A stretch of 50,188 bases of DNA. Source: Octopus bimaculoides (lineage: Eukaryota). Location of the stretch: positions 97,179,416-97,229,603 of the forward strand of contig NC_068986.1 in the NCBI RefSeq assembly GCF_001194135.2. The letters run 5' to 3'. Positions within the stretch are counted from its first letter, which is position 1. Each line of letters begins with the position of its first letter. The notes below the pieces were generated by a model that saw only the letters and a list, made by a program, of their open reading frames with translations, was not told where the DNA came from and did no database searches. The translations under genes were made by a program, and so were the position numbers. This document shows, piece by piece, positions 1 through 11,569 of this stretch.

Positions 1-330
1 TATTATAGCCTCAGGCCAACCAAAAGCTTATGAGCGGATATCGTACATGGAAACTGAAAGAAGACTGTTGTATATATGTGTATGTTTGCGTATGTGTGTG
101 TGTATGTGTGTGTGTGTGTGTGTCTATCTGTCTGTGTTTGTACCCCCACCATTGCTTGACAACCGATGTTGCTGTGTTTACATTCCCATAGCTTAGCGGA
201 TCGGCAAAAGACGCTGATACGATAAATACTAGGCATACGAAGAATAAATCTTGTGGTCGGTTTGTTCGACCAACGGTGGTGCTCCAGCATGGCCGCAGTC
301 ACATGACTGAAAACAAGTGAAACAATAAAA
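1..330 (+). mobile_element. SINE family A copy, 5' end cut by window edge, with internal (TG)n microsatellite
   Basis: Matches copies at 2357-2713 and 37726-38137: ...atagcctc.ggcc.accaaa..ttgtgagtggat...gaaactgaaagaag, microsatellite, then cttgacaaccgatg ... ggtgctccagcatggccgcagtcacatgactgaaa and an A-rich tail. Confidence 0.85.
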
Positions 331-349
331 AAAACTATACCATTTTAAT

Positions 350-378
350 CCCGAGCAAGGCCGGGTGTCACTGCTAGT
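350..378 (+). mobile_element. Helitron-like 3' terminus (hairpin + CTAG|T)
   Basis: CCCGAGCAAGGCCGGG hairpin at 350-365, then CTAG at 374-377 followed by T, the standard Helitron 3' signature. No body of the element is recognisable. Confidence 0.6.
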
Positions 379-600
379 ATATGTGTGTATATGTGTGTGT
401 GCGTGAGTGCGTCTGTGTGCGTGTATTGATATGCTTAAATATGGGTGTGTCTACCTTTGTGTCTATCTTTGCCTGACAATCTATGTATACAACCCCGTAA
501 CTTAACGTTTCCTCAAGCTTTAGAAAAGTACCGATGACGATTTGTTCGACCCAAACCCTTCAGGCGCTGCCAACCAAACAAGCAAAAGAGAGTCACTTAC

Positions 601-672
601 CGTAATAGTTTCTTCAATGGCAATATTGACCAAGGTTACCGTGGTCTTTTCCGTAGGCTTTTCTTTCCACGG
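601..672 (-). CDS. Candidate 72-nt internal exon (PWKEKPTEKTTVTLVNIAIEETIT), product unknown
   Basis: On the minus strand: tttag|CCG ... ACG|GTAAGT, an open phase 0-0 frame with a consensus donor. The acceptor has a weak pyrimidine tract and I recognise no homology. Confidence 0.15.
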
Positions 673-2356
673 CTAAACCTAAACTGTCCTGCCCTCCTTT
701 TACACGAGAACATTACTGTGATACACGATCCCTATTGATCGCTTTTTTTTTCTTGATCCCTTTTGATCGAACTCCCCCCTTCCCTTTTTCCCTTCATACG
801 ATCCCTTTTGATCGACACACCCCTACTTTTTTTTTCTTTTTCTTTCCTTCCCCCTCCCAAAAAGAAAAGCTCTACATTGTATTTGTCCCATCTTTGTTGA
901 GCCCTGTGTGGCTAATAAAAGAAATGTATCTATCTATCTATCTATCTATCTATNNNNNNNNNNNNNNNNNNNNNNNNNNNNNNNNNNNNNNNNNNNNNNN
1001 NNNNNNNNNNNNNNNNNNNNNNNNNNNNNNNNNNNNNNNNNNNNNNNNNNNNNNNNNNNNNNNNNNNNNNNNNNNNNNNNNNNNNNNNNNNNNNNNNNNN
1101 NNNNNNNNNNNNNNNNNNNNNNNNNNNNNNNNNNNNNNNNNNNNNNNNNNNNNNNNNNNNNNNNNNNNNNNNNNNNNNNNNNNNNNNNNNNNNNNNNNNN
1201 NNNNNNNNNNNNNNNNNNNNNNNNNNNNNNNNNNNNNNNNNNNNNNNNNNNNNNNNNNNNNNNNNNNNNNNNNNNNNNNNNNNNNNNNNNNNNNNNNNNN
1301 NNNNNNNNNNNNNNNNNNNNNNNNNNNNNNNNNNNNNNNNNNNNNNNNNNNNNNNNNNNNNNNNNNNNNNNNNNNNNNNNNNNNNNNNNNNNNNNNNNNN
1401 NNNNNNNNNNNNNNNNNNNNNNNNNNNNNNNNNNNNNNNNNNNNNNNNNNNNNNNNNNNNNNNNNNNNNNNNNNNNNNNNNNNNNNNNNNNNNNNNNNNN
1501 NNNNNNNNNNNNNNNNNNNNNNNNNNNNNNNNNNNNNNNNNNNNNNNNNNNNNNNNNNNNNNNNNNNNNNNNNNNNNNNNNNNNNNNNNNNNNNNNNNNN
1601 NNNNNNNNNNNNNNNNNNNNNNNNNNNNNNNNNNNNNNNNNNNNNNNNNNNNNNNNNNNNNNNNNNNNNNNNNNNNNNNNNNNNNNNNNNNNNNNNNNNN
1701 NNNNNNNNNNNNNNNNNNNNNNNNNNNNNNNNNNNNNNNNNNNNNNNNNNNNNNNNNNNNNNNNNNNNNNNNNNNNNNNNNNNNNNNNNNNNNNNNNNNN
1801 NNNNNNNNNNNNNNNNNNNNNNNNNNNNNNNNNNNNNNNNNNNNNNNNNNNNNNNNNNNNNNNNNNNNNNNNNNNNNNNNNNNNNNNNNNNNNNNNNNNN
1901 NNNNNNNNNNNNNNNNNNNNNNNNNNNNNNNATATATATATATATATATATATACGGTGAGATATGCAAATCCTTAGTAACAATTAGTTCATCGATTTTC
2001 CTTATCACTCTCGCAAATAATTTGCATTAGTAAGTTTCATTCTTTCAACATCAGGCATGCAAGGTCGCCGATTCACGCTATAATTAGTGAATTGAAATGG
2101 TCTCAATATTTTATCTGACATACATATATATACATAAGAATATACACTCGCGCATACAGACAAATACACTACACATTCATAGATAATAATAATAATACAC
2201 ACAGACACACATACACACGCACACGCTCATAGATAATAATTTCATTGGCGCATTATATCCTGAAGTTTACCTATTAAGCTCATTCACAGGTACTGGTATG
2301 AAGTTGACAGTAAATTGGAGATTGTTTTAACAAACGCGTGTAAAAATCCACACATA

Positions 2357-2508
2357 AGCGCAGGAGTGGCTGTGTGGTAAGTAGCTTGCTTACCAACCAC
2401 ATGGTTCCGGGTTCAGTCCCACTGTAGCAAATGTCTTCTACTATAGCCTCGAGCGGACCAAAACCATGTGAGTGGATTTGGTAGACGAAAACTGAAAGAA
2501 ACCCATCG

Positions 2509-2540
<32 letters not shown>

Positions 2541-2713
2541 TGCGTGTCTGTGTTTACGTCCCCGTCACTTAGCGGTTCAGCAAGAGACACCGCTAGAATA
2601 AGTACTAGGCTTGCAAAGAATAAGTTCTGGGTTCGATTTGCTCGACTAACGGTGATGACCCAGCGTGGCCGCAGTCAAATGACTGAAACAAATAAAATAA
2701 TAAAAGAATAAAA
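2357..2713 (+). mobile_element. SINE family A, near full length, tRNA-like head, internal (TA)n
   Basis: Head gcgcaggagtggctgtgtggtaag...ggttccgggttcagtcccactg has A-box- and B-box-like motifs; internal (TA)n at ~2509-2537; tail cagcgtggccgcagtcaaatgactgaaac followed by (taaaa/gaataaaa). Confidence 0.9.
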
Positions 2714-3327
2714 GCACATGCCGAAGAGATTTTAAAATTACAAACAAGAAGGATGGCATGAGCAATTCCTTCTATTACATCAGTTTACAATTGTTTCATA
2801 TGAATTAGTTCCCATGAATATTGCTAAATTATGTGTTAATATATGTAACGTTTGATTCATGAAGTGTCATTGTAAAAACACGTACCAATACAACTCTTCA
2901 GGATTACGAATAAATCTTACTTGGTGTAGATCCTCGAATTGTCAATAATTTATACCTATATCGAATGGGGCGGCGTGTCCTCATGCTTACATTTGAATGT
3001 TACAACGCTATACATAGTTCTAAAGAATCGGTACCTGTCTTCACAATGACACCTCAGGAATCAATAGTTGCATATATTATCGCATTATATAGCAATATTC
3101 ATAAGAACGAGCTCAGATGAAACCTTTGTCATTTGATTTGATTTAAGGACTTGCTCGATCCACTATTCTTGTTTATATCCATATAAACTATATATATAAA
3201 CATGTCATGAATCGAACGTTTATCTGAAATACATATACATGCATAAAAATATACACTAGCGCATACAGACACATACACCACACATACACATACAGGCACA
3301 CACACATAGATAATAATTTAATTGGCG

Positions 3328-3373
<46 letters not shown>

Positions 3374-3383
3374 NNNNNNNNNN

Positions 3384-3420
<37 letters not shown>

Positions 3421-3424
<4 letters not shown>

Positions 3425-4392
3425 AAATTCAGGTAGTAGGATGTCTGATTGCATTTCACAATTCCGGATGCACCACCGACAAAGCTCTGCTGTCATCACC
3501 CGTACGAGTGCCAGTCGAGAAGGGAGTGAAGCAAGGAGATGCATTCTCCCCAAAACGTTTCACCGTATGTCTCGAGCAGAACATCAGAAGCATCGTCTGG
3601 CAAGGCGGTGTCAACATCAATGGCGAGCTATTCACCCACCTCCGTTTCGATGATGACATCGTTTCATCGCTGAAACCACGGATCAGCTTCAGACCATGCT
3701 GACGGAGCTCTGCAGTAGGTCTCAAGATGAACCGCATGAAAACGAAGTTCATGCGGTCCGATAACGTAACAACAGGTCGAATGGTGGTCGGCAGTGATGA
3801 AATAGAGGAGGTAAAGGAATATGTCTACCTGGTGAATATGTGCCGAGACATCGAAAAGGAGATCTCGCGGAGAAAAGGGCCGAATGGAAGGCGTAAGGAA
3901 TGTGCTCAAAGGAAGGTTGGACAGGATCACCCGCGCCAACCTCATAAATAATACAGTTCTACCTGCAATGTTATATGGTAGTGAAACATGGGCTACAACA
4001 AAGAGAGAAGAGCAGAGATTGGTCACCGCTCATGGAGAGGTCAATGCTTGGAATCTCATTGAGAGAGCACATCAGTAACGAGAGCACATCAGTAACAGTA
4101 GTCCGGCGTGAGGGATGCCATCGTAGAATATATACGCAGCAAGTTTAGATGGGCTGGACACGTCACCCGGTTTACCGATAATCGGTGGACCCGCGCAGTT
4201 GTTGAGTGTTACCCGCACGAGCGGAAACGACCGCTCGGAAGGCTTCCACGACGGTGGAGTTACGATTTTAGGAGGGCGATTGGGACCACGTGGATGAGGA
4301 AGGCGCGATCCCGAGAGGAGTGGACAGCGTGCTGTGATCAGCGGAGTCAAATAGACGTCCGACGGACTGCTCAGTCAAGGTGATCAAGGTGA
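3421..4392 (+). mobile_element. RTE-clade LINE, 5'-truncated RT and 3' end, frameshifted
   Basis: Motifs GVKQGDAFSP, HLRFDDDIV, EEVKEYVYL, LPAMLYGSETW and KFRWAGHVTR..NRWT lie in successive frames. 3' tail (TCAAGGTGA)x2 at 4375-4392. An 18-bp internal tandem duplication lies at ~4063-4098. Confidence 0.92.
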
Positions 4393-4692
4393 TATATGTA
4401 ATCATTCAAATACTGAGGGTGTAACTTCCTCGTAAGAAATCTAAAAAAAACGTCCGGATATCAACTGGTGTTATCAAATATATTGAAAGAAAGTTCTGCG
4501 GTATACATGGATAAACTGTATCCGGAAATAATGTGGGGTTATTTTACATCTAACATCTGTGTGACAAGGCTGTTTGACTTACTATTTAGTCCATGAGACA
4601 GACATTCACAGACCTCCTTCGCTCTGTTTCACTAGCAAATTGTGGATATAAGAAAAGACATTCCCAAATGCTATGCAGTAGGAGAGAAGACG

Positions 4693-4700
4693 TGACGTCA
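4693..4700. promoter_or_regulatory. Perfect CRE palindrome TGACGTCA in unique sequence
   Basis: Motif seen directly; function unknown, and a single 8-mer can occur by chance. Confidence 0.15.
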
Positions 4701-6216
4701 TGAATTCAAAATGGAATTGGTATACACCCAGCCACGCGCACGTGTGTGTTTGTGTGTGCATGTGCGTGTGTACATTTATATATATATATATATATATATN
4801 NNNNNNNNNNNNNNNNNNNNNNNNNNNNNNNNNNNNNNNNNNNNNNNNNNNNNNNNNNNNNNNNNNNNNNNNNNNNNNNNNNNNNNNNNNNNNNNNNNNN
4901 NNNNNNNNNNNNNNNNNNNNNNNNNNNNNNNNNNNNNNNNNNNNNNNNNNNNNNNNNNNNNNNNNNNNNNNNNNNNNNNNNNNNNNNNNNNNNNNNNNNN
5001 NNNNNNNNNNNNNNNNNNNNNNNNNNNNNNNNNNNNNNNNNNNNNNNNNNNNNNNNNNNNNNNNNNNNNNNNNNNNNNNNNNNNNNNNNNNNNNNNNNNN
5101 NNNNNNNNNNNNNNNNNNNNNNNNNNNNNNNNNNNNNNNNNNNNNNNNNNNNNNNNNNNNNNNNNNNNNNNNNNNNNNNNNNNNNNNNNNNNNNNNNNNN
5201 NNNNNNNNNNNNNNNNNNNNNNNNNNNNNNNNNNNNNNNNNNNNNNNNNNNNNNNNNNNNNNNNNNNNNNNNNNNNNNNNNNNNNNNNNNNNNNNNNNNN
5301 NNNNNNNNNNNNNNNNNNNNNNNNNNNNNNNNNNNNNNNNNNNNNNNNNNNNNNNNNNNNNNNNNNNNNNNNNNNNNNNNNNNNNNNNNNNNNTATATAT
5401 ATATATATATATATTAACCAAATCGAAGACACATACCGAGGTGTGTGTGTTTGTATGTGTGTTGTTAGTCTGTGGGTCGGTTGCATTTTAGGCGTAATAT
5501 ATTCTCAATGTTCCTAGTGTTAAAAACAAATGTAAGTCATAGGCAGGTGAGACAACTCACATGACATTCCTTTACTGAGTGACATACATCGATATTTCAA
5601 TTATCATCAGATTACTTTCTTGACATAAAAATATAAATGAAGTTACAATCAATTAAAATTATGTAATTATAACCTCTCGTCAGCGTCGACTGCCAGACAC
5701 ATCGGATGTTGTGATTGTTTTTCTCCATAGAAACAACACACATGAAACCTTAACATGTTACAAATAGCAGCAAAATCTTCTTCAAATTGCACCATAACAT
5801 TTAAAAAAATACCAGAGGACGAAGTATTGTGTTACAGTACCATTCAAGTCCTCGCTTGAGGCAGGCTCACGTGTAGTTTCAGAAAGATTTGACTGCTAGT
5901 TTTTACGAATCGAGAGCACATAAAGGTTTCGTGTGTACTGTTACCACAGAGACAAAGAATTACGACACCTGAAAATCATATCATTTTTAATGCTTGTAAC
6001 TTTTTTTTATCGATTTCTAGAAAACATAAATGCAATTTTGCCAACAGCATGCAAGAACTACATCAGAACCACCGTTATTGAAAATAGTCTGATAAAAATT
6101 TAAAAACTTCAATTGTATGTAAAAATTCTATTTGAATATCTTCAAGACTTCTAGACTTGACAGAAATGGTTGAAAATTTTTACTGCGACAGAATATGTAA
6201 TTAAAAAAAACATATA

Positions 6217-6447
6217 CCTGCCTGGCTGCCTGCCTGGCTGCCTGCCTGGCTGCCTGCCTTGGCTGCCTGCCTGGCTGCCTGCCTGGCTGCCTGCCTGGCT
6301 GCCTGCCTGGCTGCCTGCCTGGCTGCCTGCCTANNNNNNNNNNTGCCTGGCTGCCTGCCTGGCTGCCTGCCTGGCTGCCTGCCTGCCTGGCTGCCTGCCT
6401 GGCTGCCTGCCTGGCTGCCTGCCTGGCTGCCTGCCTGGCTGCCTGCC
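6217..6447. repeat. 12-bp minisatellite (CCTGCCTGGCTG)n derived from (CCTG)n
   Basis: Direct tandem repeats across a 10-N gap; the source of the LPGC/AWLP/RQAA ORFs. Confidence 0.95.
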
Positions 6448-6553
6448 TACCTACATATATATAAACACAGGCATGTATATATATCCTGTGTGTATATACA
6501 CATGTAAATGTACGGATGTAAATTTGGATAATATCACACACATATGCATCTAA

Positions 6554-6597
<44 letters not shown>

Positions 6598-7107
6598 NNN
6601 NNNNNNNNNNNNNNNNNNNNNNNNNNNNNNNNNNNNNNNNNNNNNNNNNNNNNNNNNNNNNNNNNNNNNNNNNNNNNNNNNNNNNNNNNNNCTGAAAACT
6701 GCTTAAAATATGTATCTTACATCAGGATTTGTTGCCCTTTTGTTAACAACAAAGAAAAGGATAAATGGATGAAATAAAGATGGGAAAAGAAGAGCAATAA
6801 AGAAATAGAGAGAGCAACAACAAATAGAAAGAGAAAAAGATAGAAGGAAGGAGAAAATCCCAGAAAAATAAAAAGAATAGGAAAGAGGGGCATGTGGAAA
6901 ATATGTATTGTGTTGCCATGAATATACTGCGCTTCCTATAATACAATGTTTGAAAAAGGAGAGAGAATTCATATAGAAAATAAAAGTATGAAAGGTTTGA
7001 TGGAAAGATAGAGACGTAGTTCGAGTGGGCAAGATAATTCAGATGTAGATAATGAAACACTGAGCTGGAATATGGGAGGAATGATATTGCTGAGAAGACT
7101 ATAACCA

Positions 7108-7243
7108 ATGGATGAATACTTTGATGCAGGTAGGAGGCTAGAAAAAGCGGAACCCAACATTGAAAGCTTCATTCTAAAATGTCAAAGCAATCGACGGGAT
7201 TCGAAGGAGACAGAAAAGGACACCTGGGATGGAAACAAGTTGT
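7108..7243 (+). CDS. Candidate first coding exon, MDEYFDAGRRLEKAEPNIESFILKCQSNRRDSKETEKDTWDGNKL, phase-1 donor
   Basis: ATG at 7108 with in-frame TAA six bases upstream; 45 open codons; T|GTAAGT donor at 7244; preceded by ~370 bp of purine-rich unique sequence resembling a 5' UTR. I do not recognise the peptide and found no confident downstream exon. Confidence 0.35.
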
Positions 7244-7488
7244 GTAAGTAAGGGACATTAACTGTAAGTCTTTTGCATCGGTAATAGTTCAAATGTACAA
7301 ACCTGCACACACACACACATACATACACACACACACATGTTATATTTGAAATGTCAGCCTTTTCGAATTGGGAATGCGAAAGGAAGAGATATAAGGTAAT
7401 GATGGAGCATTTAAATACTAACAAGATGAAATTATACTGTATACACACGCGCATGCAGCGCGCACTCACGCACGCATGCATGCACGCA

Positions 7489-7603
<115 letters not shown>

Positions 7604-9706
7604 TACATCTTTTGGCGTAAAGATGAGCACACGCGAGGCCGTAGTAATATATTTGAAGGTTCGTGCAAGAGATTTACAGTGTAATGTCTAGATATGATTA
7701 ATATGAAATGAAATGACAAGTAAAATTAAGTTAACAACTTAGAATAAGTAGCTGTTAGCGACAATATTAGCGATAATATTATGCTAGTTACACGTCTGGT
7801 AATGTAACTAACCATGACAGGTACTTCCAGACTTTGAAATCAGTAAATGAATTCGGTTCATTAGTATGATGTATTCATCTGATAAGCAAAGAAAGAATTT
7901 TAAGAGGTTGATGTTTGATAGTGTATTTTTATAACTCGTCAGTTGACCTTAAAACGATTTATGCATGCAACCTTCAGATACCAGAAATATTTTCAGGAGT
8001 AATAATATTTCTTCCTCTCACACGTCGGAATAAATAGGTTTGTTGATTGTATCTGGTTATAAATGTAGTAGCTGTCATACCTACATGATGTTTTGTGTCA
8101 CAGTGGATTTCATTTGAGATCTTCGGTCAGTACACTATATTTTGAAAATATTTACCTAATGTGGGAAAATAGCACAGTTAAGTTAAGATGCTGATGTTTG
8201 TGCATTTATGTGTGTGAGACTTTCTTGTTGAATTTAAATCTCCAGTGTTAGCGAAGTTGTCAGAACAAATGCAGCTAACTTTAAAATAGTTTTTGATGAA
8301 TATCTAGGAGGTTTATCACGCAAGAGTAATAAAAAGAGTCGACTGAAAAATAAGGGCTGATAGTAAAAATGCGGAAAGCGACGGCTTGGAATATGTGGAT
8401 ATCATTTAAAAAATTTTCTAGTATCTACCAATATCCACTTTTTGTATGCAATGTATTTTCTTTTAAAACGGTTTCTAATCACAAGTCTGTTATCATAGCT
8501 GACAACGAAGGTAAACAATCCTTTCTCACAGGGTATATAGAATTAAACCAAAATATTACTTGGAAAATATTTTAAATGGCAAGAGGGTAGTTGGAGAATA
8601 CGTTTATATATTACAAAGTTTTGTTGGGGCTTCTAAAGTTTCACATGGATTATATTTTTCAGACTTTAAGTTATAGTTTACAGATAGTTGGATAGAAACA
8701 TTATTGCTAGCATGTTTAATGCAGACTGCATTAAAGAGCTAAGTAAATATAATTATGTGATCAGAAAGATAGATAAATAGATTGGTATGAAGGTAAGTTA
8801 GTATTAAAATGTTTAACACTTGAACCATTTAAACGCTAATAATTTGCTCGTCGCCCTTCATAATACAATTTCCCGAAAGTTAGCTATAAGTAGAGACAAT
8901 TACCGTTTCTTTTGCGATAATTCAATGAATAGATGAAACCGACGAACAGATGTGATAACATTTTTAGGCGAAGTTTGGTGAATTGTAAATAATTCAAGTC
9001 TCATGAAACTGGAAGTTATTCAACTGGAATTTATCATTATCAGCTGAGGCTTTTACAAAAATCTTCGAAATTTGCTATTGTTGTTCGTGTTGTTTAACCC
9101 AAGGTTAAGCTTAACCAATCCAACAAATGTTCAAAAGAACTCTAGCCTCGATCATTCCGTAATTTTAGGAGTTCTCAGGATTAGATTGCCTAGCGCATCC
9201 TTGTTTCTATGTTGAAGTTCAGTATTTGGTGTCTTTTAGTCTAGTGGACCTAGTTTAAAGATGCTTCACTTTGTCTTATTTCTGCAGAGCGTTTGCCCAA
9301 GTCTACATTGTTTAATGTTTGCTTCGGTGTTTAACAAATGGCCAGTATCAGTCAAACAGGCCAAAGACCAAGGTAGTCTAGTTGTGACCATTACGTATTT
9401 TATTCAGACGGTGTAGATCTAGGACTACATTGGCATGTTATTCCTTTAAACCCAGGTCACTTCAGTTTATAAGTACATTTTTGCCACGAATAACTTTCTC
9501 TCAGTCGTCTTAGTAATTACGAACGAGACATTGAGAGATATAATTCAATAAGTTGCTGCTTCAAAATAATTTAAGGTACCTAAAAGTGTCTCCCAAAGAT
9601 GTGGTCCTATAATNNNNNNNNNNNNNNNNNNNNNNNNNNNNNNNNNNNNNNNNNNNNNNNNNNNNNNNNNNNNNNNNNNNNNNNNNNNNNNNNNNNNNNN
9701 NNNNNN

Positions 9707-10330
9707 NTGTGTGTATTGGCTGCAACTGCTTAATTTCTATCTTTTAGGAAGTCATGGCATAATATGCCAAGATTTCGCAGCTTGTGGCATATTATGCTAT
9801 GATCTACCTTATCAAAGGCTTTTGCGAAGTCAAGTTAGATCACATTGTCATATGAATGGTAAGGCAGCTGTTTCAAACCCTAGTCATAGTGCCATAAGAG
9901 CTATGTGAGGTAGCTTCTTCCTAGAAGGAAGCCATGCTTTGTATCATTCAGTAAGTAATTTTCTTCTAGGAACCTTATCAGTTTCTTTCAGACGATTCGT
10001 TCCATGACTTTACTGATATGTAAAGTCAGAGAGATTCGCCTGTAGTTTTTTGTCTCTGCTCTGCTCCCAGCTTTGTAGATAGGACATATAACTCTTTATG
10101 AAGTCTAATACTTGCAAGGAAACTCAGGAAAAGTATCTGAGTTGGTTTCGCTAAAGCCTGCTTACACGATTTCAGAAGAATAGCTGGGAAGCCATCGAGG
10201 ACCAGTTGCTGGGCTTAAGTTCATTTCGTATATGGCCGCTGTTACATCTATTTCCTCAATGTTGGTGTAACCGATGGTTGCCACTTTCGTTTGCAGATCT
10301 GCAATGTTAAAAACTTAAGCCGGGTTTTGT
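9707..10330 (-). mobile_element. CR1-group LINE RT fragment, degenerate
   Basis: Minus-strand translation with stops and frameshifts: SPATGP-DGFPAILLK, PIYKAGSRAETKNYRRISLTLHISKVMERIV, NDTKHGFLLGRS, LDFAKAFDKVDHSIICHKLRNLGI. These are RT domain 0-3 motifs of the CR1/L2/Jockey group. Confidence 0.85.
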
Positions 10331-10696
10331 ATTTGCGAGGGTGAGATGAAGATACTTTTAATCTGTTCATTGATTACTTCACTTATTCTCTAAATTGTTC
10401 ATTGAGTACTTCACGTATCCATTATATTGTACTGGACTAGTAACTGTCCAGTACAATATAAAATAGAACTTTGGAACACAGGTTCTATTTTATATTGTAC
10501 TGTGACTGTTTCCTTTGCAAATTTATAGAAAGCTTCCCATGGCTTTGGTGAAGAGGATGTTTTGAGAGAGATTGAGATGTTCTTCATTATTCTGAATCTA
10601 TACGTGTATGTATATATGTGTGTGCATGTATGGGTTTCTAAGCATGTGTGTGGTGAATTTCGGGAGGCTTGGCTATAGAGATAACACACACAAAGA

Positions 10697-10805
10697 AATG
10701 GTGTAGTGGTTAAGAGCACGGGCTACTAACCCCAAGATTCCGAGTTCGATTCCAAGCAGTGACCTGAACAATGACAACAACAACAACAATAATAACAATA
10801 ATAAC

Positions 10806-10867
<62 letters not shown>

Positions 10868-10898
10868 TAATAATAATAATAATGATAATAATAATAAC
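10697..10898 (+). mobile_element. Short tRNA-derived SINE head with (AAC/AAT)n tail
   Basis: A-box-like TAGTGGTTAAG and B-box GAGTTCGATTCC, no acceptor stem, running straight into ~130 bp of (AAT)n. Confidence 0.7.
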
Positions 10899-11045
10899 AT
10901 CGAAAAATAACTTAGGAATGAGAACCCAGGTTCAAAATTTCCCCAAGATATCTGAAGGAGGCTGGAGGGTATATCAGCCGAAACGTTGTGTTAACAACAA
11001 ACAAGATGAGGACAAATATCCGTCGAATGTAAATAATGTAATTAA
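10899..11045 (+). mobile_element. Penelope-like terminal-repeat remnant containing a minimal hammerhead-like motif
   Basis: ctgaagga-ggctg...cagcc-gaaacgtt-gtgtt layout. A second copy lies on the minus strand at ~24695-24759 (cut by a gap). Confidence 0.6.
10947..10992 (+). ncRNA. Degenerate minimal type-I hammerhead ribozyme motif
   Basis: Stem I GATAT/GTGTT; core CTGAAGG (A9 mutated versus CUGANGA); stem II GGCTG/CAGCC; GAAA; palindromic AACGTT replacing stem III. Confidence 0.45.
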
Positions 11046-11569
11046 TATAAATAATGTATGATTGGATATATTTTGATGAATGAACGCTTTTCGTATTTAA
11101 TTTATTTGAACTATTAATTAAAGTTTCGAATATTATAAACACAAAAAACGCTTAACTCAACCATGTAGATGCAAATTTTCCAAGAAGGTGAATCGGGAGA
11201 CGAGCTCCAGTTGATTGTTTATTGCGAGGTCATGTGAAGTTAGTATTGTTGCTTAATCAACCTATACATGTCGGTACAGTAAAGAAGGTAATCATATCCA
11301 TTTGTATTAATATTAGCACACACAGATTCCGTAAAGGGTTTAAGGTTATTCAACAGAATCAAAACTGATCAGAAAGCGAAGGGCACGATTTTGAGTACCT
11401 GTTGTACTTTTGTAAAATTTCAATTATTTAAGTTCTCATTCTCTGCATCCAGACTTTTGGGACTAACTGTCAAACAAGGTGATTGAAAACCGAGAAATGG
11501 GAGAAAGATGAGTGTTTGCTCGTGGTGATGGTGGTAATGTGCTCGTAAGGTCGAACGTTAAGTGAATGG

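Noticed and set aside
735-2030. Long ORFs spanning N gaps (also ~4.6-5.5, 13.8-14.4, 24.7-25.4, 36.6-37.3, 42.3-42.8, 44.4-45.1 and 45.9-46.3 kb)
   Set aside because: Length comes from untranslatable N runs and flanking (TA)n/(TATC)n; no coding evidence.
6128-6553. Repetitive ORFs RQAA/LPGC/AWLP
   Set aside because: Translations of a 12-bp minisatellite, open on both strands.
10697-10765. Possible tRNA gene (also the SINE heads at 2357, 33771, 42968 and 45278)
   Set aside because: A and B boxes are present but there is no pairing acceptor stem, and each runs into a SINE body or tail.
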